Assembly: GCF_009914755.1 (NCBI RefSeq)
Contig: NC_060937.1
DNA length: 64,000 nt
Origin: the human T2T-CHM13v2.0 reference genome, Homo sapiens
Strand: one strand, 5' to 3'
Shown here: positions 63,854 to 64,000 of the stretch, one piece after another
Position numbering within the stretch: position 1 is the stretch's first letter
Layout of the letters: each line of letters starts with the position of its first letter
Position numbers and translations under genes: made by a program
Notes under the pieces: generated by a model
What the model was told of the DNA's origin: nothing
Seen by the model: the letters and a program-made list of their open reading frames with translations, nothing else
Databases searched by the model: none

Positions 63854-64000
63854 TCTACAAAAAGAGTGTTTCCAAACTGCTGCATCAAAAGAAAGGTTCA
63901 ACTCTGTTAGTTGAGGACACACATCACAAAGAAGTTTGTGAGAATGCTTCTGTCTAGATTTTGTATGACCATATTCCCTTTTCCAGCGATATCATTAAAG

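Larger units (their letters stand above)
1..64000 (-). repeat. Centromeric alpha-satellite higher-order repeat array (homogeneous, live-type)
   Basis: Tandem ~170-bp monomers with alphoid motifs (gtttctgagaatgcttctgtct, aaatatccacttgcaga, aaaagagtgtttcaaaactgctct, gttcaactctgt) across the whole window. Near-identical copies recur at 680/1190/1870-bp offsets. CENP-B boxes lie on the minus strand in alternate monomers. Confidence 0.99.
1..64000 (-). repeat. Family assignment: human SF2 chr13/21 HOR (D13Z1/D21Z1; alpha21-I / alphaRI-680; S2C13/21H1L)
   Basis: The minus strand reads GAATTCAAATAAAAGGTAGACAGCAGCATTCTCAGAAATTTCTTTCTGATGTCTGCATTCAACTCATAGAGTTGAAGATTCCC, which I recall as the alpha21-I/alphaRI-680 sequence. 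Also consistent: 1870-bp 11-mer, EcoRI spacing 680+340+850, five CENP-B boxes, and 7-mer/4-mer variants. Recognised from memory; no database search was run. Confidence 0.85.

Noticed and set aside
1-64000. CRISPR-like or other repeat-spacer system
   Set aside because: There are no unique spacers: the sequence between conserved motifs is itself repeated. No cas or other genes are present.
1-64000. A previously undescribed biological system or an encoded message in the 4/7 block order
   Set aside because: The sequence is a well-known centromeric satellite family. The block order is explained by nested tandem duplication, supported by rare SNPs shared at exact period offsets.
1-64000. Embedded L1/Alu insertion, inversion or monomeric alphoid transition
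   Set aside because: Block spacings sum exactly from 304 to 63018, leaving no room for foreign sequence. All CENP-B boxes seen are on one strand.

Overview
The whole 64-kb window is one uninterrupted, single-orientation array of primate centromeric alpha-satellite (~170-bp monomers) organised as a higher-order repeat (HOR). It reads reverse-complement to the conventional orientation. The monomer sequences, the 1870-bp 11-mer, the 680/340/850-bp EcoRI spacing and five CENP-B boxes per 11-mer match, from recall, the human SF2 chr13/21 live array (D13Z1/D21Z1, alpha21-I, S2C13/21H1L). Chr13 versus chr21 cannot be settled here. The array is built from two blocks: a 4-monomer block (b = 680 bp; a = 678-bp allele; a' = intermediate allele) and a 7-monomer block (S = 1190 bp). 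From position 161 the order is aSbSSSbSS | aSbSSSbSS | aSSbSS | aSbSSbSSbSSS | aSbSSbSbSSSba'S | aSbS*S | aSbS*S | aSbS*. That is 24 four-mers and 40 seven-mers (the last truncated), or 22 11-mers, 17 stand-alone 7-mers and one 15-mer. I found no genes, RNA genes, transposons, inversions or CRISPR arrays; all ORFs are repeat artefacts. I see no evidence of a new biological system. The interesting signal is array evolution: super-HOR periods of 9178, 4928 and 3060 bp, SNPs perfectly linked to HOR structure, short conversion-like tracts, clustered mutations and one inactivated CENP-B box. Variants were read by eye and should be confirmed by alignment.
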